Assembly (NCBI GenBank): GCA_963663475.2
Contig: CAXXJV010000001.1
Span: 2,368,001 to 2,432,000 of the forward strand
DNA from: Candidatus Cloacimonadales bacterium
Lineage (GTDB): Bacteria; Cloacimonadota; Cloacimonadia; Cloacimonadales; JAFGVF01
Reading direction: 5' to 3'
DNA: 64,000 bases
Under the pieces are notes generated by a model. It searched no databases. It was not told the origin of the DNA and saw only the letters and a list, made by a program, of their open reading frames with translations. The first letter of the stretch is position 1; every line of letters begins with the position of its first letter. Positions 59,155 to 64,000 of the stretch are shown here, piece by piece. The translations under genes were made by a program, and so were the position numbers.

Positions 59155-60198
59155 ATGACCATAATCTTTTTAATTTTTCTGATCATAACCTTTGTTCATA
59201 TTATTCTAGGACTGGCTCTTTTCCGCCAATATCCCACAATTAATGATTATCTGCATAGCTTTTCAATAGTTGTAGTGGCTCATAATGAAGAACAAATGCT
59301 TAGCCCTCTTCTTGAATCTCTCTTAGCTATAGATTATCCTGTGGAAAAACTTGAAATAATCCTAGTTGATGATTTGTCAACAGACAGTACTTTTTCACTT
59401 ATTGCTGATTATGCTAGTAAATATCCATTTATCAAAGCTATCATAACTGATCAGAAGTATTCAGATTATAAGGGTAAAAAAGCTGGACTACAAACAGCTC
59501 TAGATCTAGCTCAGAATGAAATTGTAGTTTTTACTGATGCAGATGCTCTTGTTCCTAAACAATGGCTAAAAAGCCATAACTCCCTGTTCACCTCTCAAAC
59601 AGGAATGGTTATCGGCTATATTAGAGGAGAAAATATCAAAGGCTTAAAGCGCTACAAAAGAATCTTCTCATCTGGACTTTTTGCTTCCTTATGCAGTCTG
59701 GGATCAGCATTTTCCTGTTCTGGTGGAAATTTAGCTATTAGGAGACTTGCTCTCAAGCAAGTAGATGGTTATGCAAGTATAAAAGACTTCCCTTCTGGTG
59801 ATGACAAACAAATGCTAAATTTGATTAAAGCAAGTAAATACAAGATTGCTTATAATTCGCAAATAAAAGTTATCGAAAGACAAAGAAACCTAACTTCTGA
59901 ACAAGCTTATCAACAAGCTATCAGACACTATGGAAAAGTTGCAATTTCAAGTAAGACTTATCAAATTGGCTTTATTATAACAAGCCTTTTTTATCTATCT
60001 ATCCCTGTGATTGTCTTTTTTCAGCCTTCAATCTTATTTCTATTTTGGTTAGGAAATATATTCTTTTACTTTTGTGCCTCTTTGCTTCATAAAGAAAAGA
60101 TTTATCTGGAAGATATTTTTCTTACCATCATTTATCCATATTATATGTTATATTTTTCCTGTTTAGGAACATTCACTGAGGCAAAATGGAAAAAGTAA
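59155..60198 (+). CDS. Family 2 glycosyltransferase, membrane-bound
   Basis: VAHNEE, VDDLSTD, GKK, FTDAD, GGNLA, SGDD, QAIRH; terminal TM helices. Confidence 0.9.
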   Translation: MTIIFLIFLIITFVHIILGLALFRQYPTINDYLHSFSIVVVAHNEEQMLSPLLESLLAIDYPVEKLEIILVDDLSTDSTFSLIADYASKYPFIKAIITDQKYSDYKGKKAGLQTALDLAQNEIVVFTDADALVPKQWLKSHNSLFTSQTGMVIGYIRGENIKGLKRYKRIFSSGLFASLCSLGSAFSCSGGNLAIRRLALKQVDGYASIKDFPSGDDKQMLNLIKASKYKIAYNSQIKVIERQRNLTSEQAYQQAIRHYGKVAISSKTYQIGFIITSLFYLSIPVIVFFQPSILFLFWLGNIFFYFCASLLHKEKIYLEDIFLTIIYPYYMLYFSCLGTFTEAKWKK

Positions 60199-61058
60199 AA
60201 AAAAGCATCGGATTCTTTTTGAAAATTTCGATTTCTCTAGTAATCTTAGTTTTTATTTACTCAAAAATTGATATTAATGCTTTTCTTAGCAATATCAAAC
60301 AACTATCATTCATTACTTTAACATTACTCATAATTACAGCCTTATTAAAACATATTACCCAAGGTTTGAACTGGTATTATGCACTAACTATTAATACTAA
60401 ATACAAACCTAGCCTCCATGAAATTATTAAATCCTACTTGATAGGTCTTTCATTAGGCTTTGTCTTACCTGGTGGTCACGCTACCTATGGTAAAATGTAT
60501 TTTATCCAAAATTCCAAAAAAGCTACTTTTGCTTCTGTCTTGATTGAGAAGTTTTTCCAAACTTGGGGAAATCTCTTTTATGCTTCTTTTGCAGTAATTT
60601 ACTTCTTTAAAGATCTAGCCTTTTGGTTAAAATTATTTATACCTCTAACTGTTACCATCTCTCCCCTTCTTTTACTAGCCTTTATCTATTTTATCCCAAA
60701 ATTTAGAATCCATCTACCTGTTCTTAAGAAAATCTTTCCTAAAATAATACTTTCTCAAATGATTTATATCCCACTTACCATTGTTCAGTATTGGTTAATT
60801 TTAATCTCATTTACAGATATATCCTTTTTCCACACCTGTATTTCAACAACATTAATCTTATCATCGAATGTTATTCCAATAACATTTTCAGGTTTAGGAC
60901 TCAGAGAATATTTTGCTATAAAAGTTCTTGCCCAATATGGTATTACTAATACTGCTGCAGTAACTGTTGCCCTGCTAATCTTCTTCATTAATATGCTATT
61001 ACCAGCTCTCATCGGAGTTATCTACATAATCAATCATAAAAAAAATGATAATCTTTAG
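60186..61058 (+). CDS. Lysylphosphatidylglycerol-synthase-TM/flippase-like (UPF0104) membrane protein
   Basis: Multi-TM; LPGG, IEK, IPITFSGLGLRE. Confidence 0.82.
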   Translation: MEKVKKSIGFFLKISISLVILVFIYSKIDINAFLSNIKQLSFITLTLLIITALLKHITQGLNWYYALTINTKYKPSLHEIIKSYLIGLSLGFVLPGGHATYGKMYFIQNSKKATFASVLIEKFFQTWGNLFYASFAVIYFFKDLAFWLKLFIPLTVTISPLLLLAFIYFIPKFRIHLPVLKKIFPKIILSQMIYIPLTIVQYWLILISFTDISFFHTCISTTLILSSNVIPITFSGLGLREYFAIKVLAQYGITNTAAVTVALLIFFINMLLPALIGVIYIINHKKNDNL

Positions 61059-61146
61059 TAATTCGTCTATAACTCACTCCAACATGACTTTATAAACTAA
61101 CTATCCATTTACTGAAAATTCTTGTCCACTTTTTGGAGGGATACAT

Positions 61147-61240
61147 TATTTCTTTATACTCTATTAGGCCTCTATTAAGGGTTCATTACTTCTCCATTAG
61201 CTTTATAACTAATAGCCCCCTGATAGATAAGATATATTGG
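61147..61240. repeat. Degenerate palindromic intergenic element built of 11-bp units (copy D)
   Basis: Units tatttctttat/actctattagg/cctctattaag/ggttcattact/tctccattagc, centre tttata, then actaatagccc/cctgatagata; colinear with 10301-10394. Confidence 0.6.
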
Positions 61241-61462
61241 AGTAATCTACATTACATGAACTTACATAGATAAAAGAGGTGTCTTAACCTTGCATAAGAT
61301 TTGCTTATAGGCAATTAAATTATACTGTCTGCTTTTCATTATCTTAGATTATCTAATGCTGTAATTAACTTACCGACTTCTCTCTGAATCAATTTAACTT
61401 GACAGATTAATACCTCTAAATTAATTAAATTACTTATGATTATTACGTAAATTGGAGATATA

Positions 61463-61927
61463 ATGTATAACACTATTCAAGGCGAACTTATAGTTCAAGA
61501 AACTGCATTCTGCATTGTTGTAAGTAGGTTCAATGAATTTATTAGCAGCAAGTTACTTTCTGGAGCAATAGACTGTTTGCTACGTCATGGAGCAAATGAA
61601 AAAGACATAACAGTTGTGTGGGTACCAGGAGCTTTTGAAATTCCTGTAACCGCTAAGAAAATTGCTAAGACAAACACTTATCAAGCTATTATTTGTTTAG
61701 GAGCTGTGATTCGTGGAGCTACACCTCATTTTGATTATGTAAGTAATGAAGTAGCTAAAGGCGTTGGAGCTGTTGGTTTAGAATTTGAAACACCAGTGAT
61801 ATTTGGTATTTTAACTACAGACTCAATTGAGCAAGCAATAGAAAGAGCAGGTACAAAAGCTGGTAACAAAGGCTGGGATAGTGCATTAACTGCAATTGAA
61901 ATGACAAATTTATTCCAAAGGATATAG
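61463..61927 (+). CDS. ribH: 6,7-dimethyl-8-ribityllumazine synthase
   Basis: [37 protein letters not shown]. Confidence 0.98.
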   Translation: MYNTIQGELIVQETAFCIVVSRFNEFISSKLLSGAIDCLLRHGANEKDITVVWVPGAFEIPVTAKKIAKTNTYQAIICLGAVIRGATPHFDYVSNEVAKGVGAVGLEFETPVIFGILTTDSIEQAIERAGTKAGNKGWDSALTAIEMTNLFQRI

Positions 61928-61934
61928 TATAAGA

Positions 61935-62390
61935 ATGGGTATGCGGAGAAAAGGAAGAGAAATCTCTTTACAGGTATTGTATGCATTAGACTTTCCAGAT
62001 AAAACAGAAAGTATTGATTCTTACACTGCCTTAAACAACTATGCCGATCAATTAGACAGTTTATGTTTAGAAGCTGATATTAAAAATTCATCTTCAGTCT
62101 ATGAATTTGCCTTAGATTTAGTAAAAAATACACTTCTTAATTTAGATGAGATTGATCAACTAATTAAAGAACAATCTGAAAATTGGGAATTTAGTAGAAT
62201 AGCTCTTGTAGATAAAAATATTCTCAGAATGGCCACTTACGAAATTGTCTATAAAAGGGTACATCCTGCTATTATCATTAATGAAGCAATTGAGATTTCA
62301 AAAAAATATAGCACCGAGAACTCTGGAAGATTTATTAATGGGATTCTAGATTCTATCTTTAAAAAGGTTAAAGAAACATTCAATGAATAA
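61935..62390 (+). CDS. nusB: Transcription antitermination factor NusB
   Basis: RRKGRE..LQ.LY, NW...RI..VD..ILR, INEAIEISKKYS, FINGILD; follows ribH. Confidence 0.96.
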   Translation: MGMRRKGREISLQVLYALDFPDKTESIDSYTALNNYADQLDSLCLEADIKNSSSVYEFALDLVKNTLLNLDEIDQLIKEQSENWEFSRIALVDKNILRMATYEIVYKRVHPAIIINEAIEISKKYSTENSGRFINGILDSIFKKVKETFNE

Positions 62391-63276
62391 ACTTAATTGC
62401 AGTATCGGTATTATTGTCTATAATGAAGCCAAAAATATTGGTAATCTCTTAGAAAGAGTAACATCAGAAGAATATCCTGATGTCCATATAGATGAAATAA
62501 TTGTAGTATCAAGTGGTTCTACAGATGGTACTGATGAACTTGTAGATTTTTATGTTAAGCATGATTCTAGGGTAAAACTATTTACTGAGTCTGAAAGAAG
62601 TGGAAAATCATCTGCCATCAACATCTTTTTGAAAAATGCTAAGAATGAGCTTGTAATTATTGAAAGTGGAGATACAATACCTGCTAAAGGAACAATAAGA
62701 AAGCTAATAATACCCTTCAGAGATGCTGAAATCGGAATGACTGGTGGACGTCCTGTTCCAATTAATACCAGTATAACATTCCCTGGTTATGCAGTTAATC
62801 TCTTATGGAAACTACACCATAAAATGGCCTTAAAATCTCCTAAATTAGGAGAAATGATTGCTTTTAGAAAAGTCTTTACTTCAATACCTCCTGAAAGTGC
62901 TGTTGATGAAGCTAGCATTGAAGCTCTCATAAACGAAAATAAGCTAAAAAAATTATATATCCCTGATGCAATAATTCATAATAAAGGACCTGAAGATATT
63001 AAAGGTTTTATTAAACAAAGAAAAAGAATTGAAACAGGTCATTTATGGTTAACCAAAAAACACAAATATCAGGTAGTATCCCAGAAAAAATCCATTCTGT
63101 TAGACCTAATGATAAGTGAAATTATTGAAAATCCCATCGATATACCTAAAATTTTTGCAGTAATGCTTGTAGAAATATATGCTAGATTACTAGGTAAGAT
63201 CGATTATTATATTAAAGGTAAGAATCCCACAACTTGGGAAATCATTGATTCAACCAAAAATCTTAGAAAAGGTTAA
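62383..63276 (+). CDS. Family 2 glycosyltransferase
   Basis: YNEAKNI, GSTDGT, GKSSAIN, VDE, QRKR. Confidence 0.85.
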   Translation: MNKLNCSIGIIVYNEAKNIGNLLERVTSEEYPDVHIDEIIVVSSGSTDGTDELVDFYVKHDSRVKLFTESERSGKSSAINIFLKNAKNELVIIESGDTIPAKGTIRKLIIPFRDAEIGMTGGRPVPINTSITFPGYAVNLLWKLHHKMALKSPKLGEMIAFRKVFTSIPPESAVDEASIEALINENKLKKLYIPDAIIHNKGPEDIKGFIKQRKRIETGHLWLTKKHKYQVVSQKKSILLDLMISEIIENPIDIPKIFAVMLVEIYARLLGKIDYYIKGKNPTTWEIIDSTKNLRKG

Positions 63277-63279
63277 GTA

Positions 63280-64000
63280 ATGCTATCTCTTATTCCCAAA
63301 ATAATTGCTTATAAAATGTTTAAAAATATAGGTATTCCACATATAATGCCTATGAACTATACTGTTTCTTTACTTTACGAATGTAATTCCCGTTGTTCGA
63401 CTTGTAATATCTGGAAAAAACGTAGCAAAAGACTCACTGCTCAAGAGTATCGTAAGATTTTTAAAAAAATTGGTCATTCTCCTTATTGGATAACTTTTAG
63501 TGGTGGTGAACCGTTTCTCAGAGATGATATCGCAGATGTTGTCACTAATATTTATGATGTTTCCAAACCAAAAATTATTAATATTCCTACAAATGGAATA
63601 CTAACAAAAAAGATTGTCGATAATGTTAAAATCATATCTAATCACTGCAAGAAAAGCCAGATTGTGATTAATCTATCAATTGATGGTATTGGTAAGGAAC
63701 ATGATGACATTAGAAGGGTTCCTGGAAATTATGAAAAGGTTATCAGAACCTTCAAAACATTAAAAAAACTAAACATAAAAAACGTATCCATTGGTATTCA
63801 TACAGTAATATCGAACTTCAATGTTAGTAATTTCTCTAATATTGCTCGTACTCTCATTGATATGAATCCAGATTCATATATAACCGAAATTGCTGAAGAA
63901 AGAAATGAATTAGATACTATTAATGCTAATATCACTCCTAATATGATTAAATATCGTTCAGCTATTGATTATTTGATTCATAAGATAAAGAACAGTAAGT
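63280..64000 (+). CDS. Radical SAM protein, truncated by the window end
   Basis: Not in the ORF track; read from ATG 63280: MLSLIPK...ECNSRCSTCNIW (CxxxCxxC), FSGGEPFLR, PTNG, SIDG...HDDIR. Confidence 0.88.
   Translation, partial: MLSLIPKIIAYKMFKNIGIPHIMPMNYTVSLLYECNSRCSTCNIWKKRSKRLTAQEYRKIFKKIGHSPYWITFSGGEPFLRDDIADVVTNIYDVSKPKIINIPTNGILTKKIVDNVKIISNHCKKSQIVINLSIDGIGKEHDDIRRVPGNYEKVIRTFKTLKKLNIKNVSIGIHTVISNFNVSNFSNIARTLIDMNPDSYITEIAEERNELDTINANITPNMIKYRSAIDYLIHKIKNSK

Noticed and set aside
61059-61462. FMN riboswitch upstream of ribH
   Set aside because: No RFN consensus blocks (AGGGCGGGG.GAAATTCCC.ACCG) visible; the region holds the 11-bp-unit repeat instead
3206-61986. Short ORFs antisense to or nested in long genes (e.g. 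3206, 7796, 10728, 12296, 15353, 19443, 19840, 21333, 23149, 23542, 24334, 24709, 29008, 29169, 30416, 38216, 38738, 42093, 46158, 50329, 52633, 56048, 57050, 57326, 60785, 61735)
   Set aside because: They overlap well-supported genes and have shadow-ORF composition with no motifs

Overview
AT-rich (roughly 30% GC by eye) bacterial chromosomal segment from a diderm, probably anaerobic organism. Two proteins end in the NYPNPFN...YNLKGQL...GxY C-terminal sorting domain, which suggests the FCB group and most likely Ca. Cloacimonadota (inference). All genes in 1-32 kb are on the minus strand and all genes in 32.8-64 kb on the plus strand. Left half: ChaN paralogues (one fused to a degenerate M1 peptidase), yigZ, an AMMECR1 protein, a predicted PPi-type phosphofructokinase, SPFH and outer-membrane proteins, a hybrid Cache/PAS kinase, a 20-kb, 15-gene anaerobic purine/urate catabolic cluster, and serC. 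The cluster carries guaD, xdhAB, a fused DPD-like reductase, ssnA, ygeY, an OM barrel, hydA, a second Mo-hydroxylase, ygeW, mocA and xdhC, with two PLP enzymes where ygeX is expected. Right half: a maf/amidohydrolase/radical SAM operon; an HhH-beta-barrel + FadL-like porin + 5'-nucleotidase unit behind a near-consensus promoter; tsaB-mreB-mreC-[CofE-like ligase]-mreD-mrdA-rodA; degP; trxB; two CTD-bearing secreted proteins; a D-2-hydroxyacid dehydrogenase; envelope glycosylation genes; and ribH-nusB-GT2-radical SAM. Each of the four largest intergenic gaps holds a member of one family of palindromic elements built from 11-bp units; two are 25- and 36-bp-arm hairpins with a compensatory change. 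No rRNA, tRNA, CRISPR array or intact transposase was recognised. All family assignments are by eye from motifs; no searches were run.
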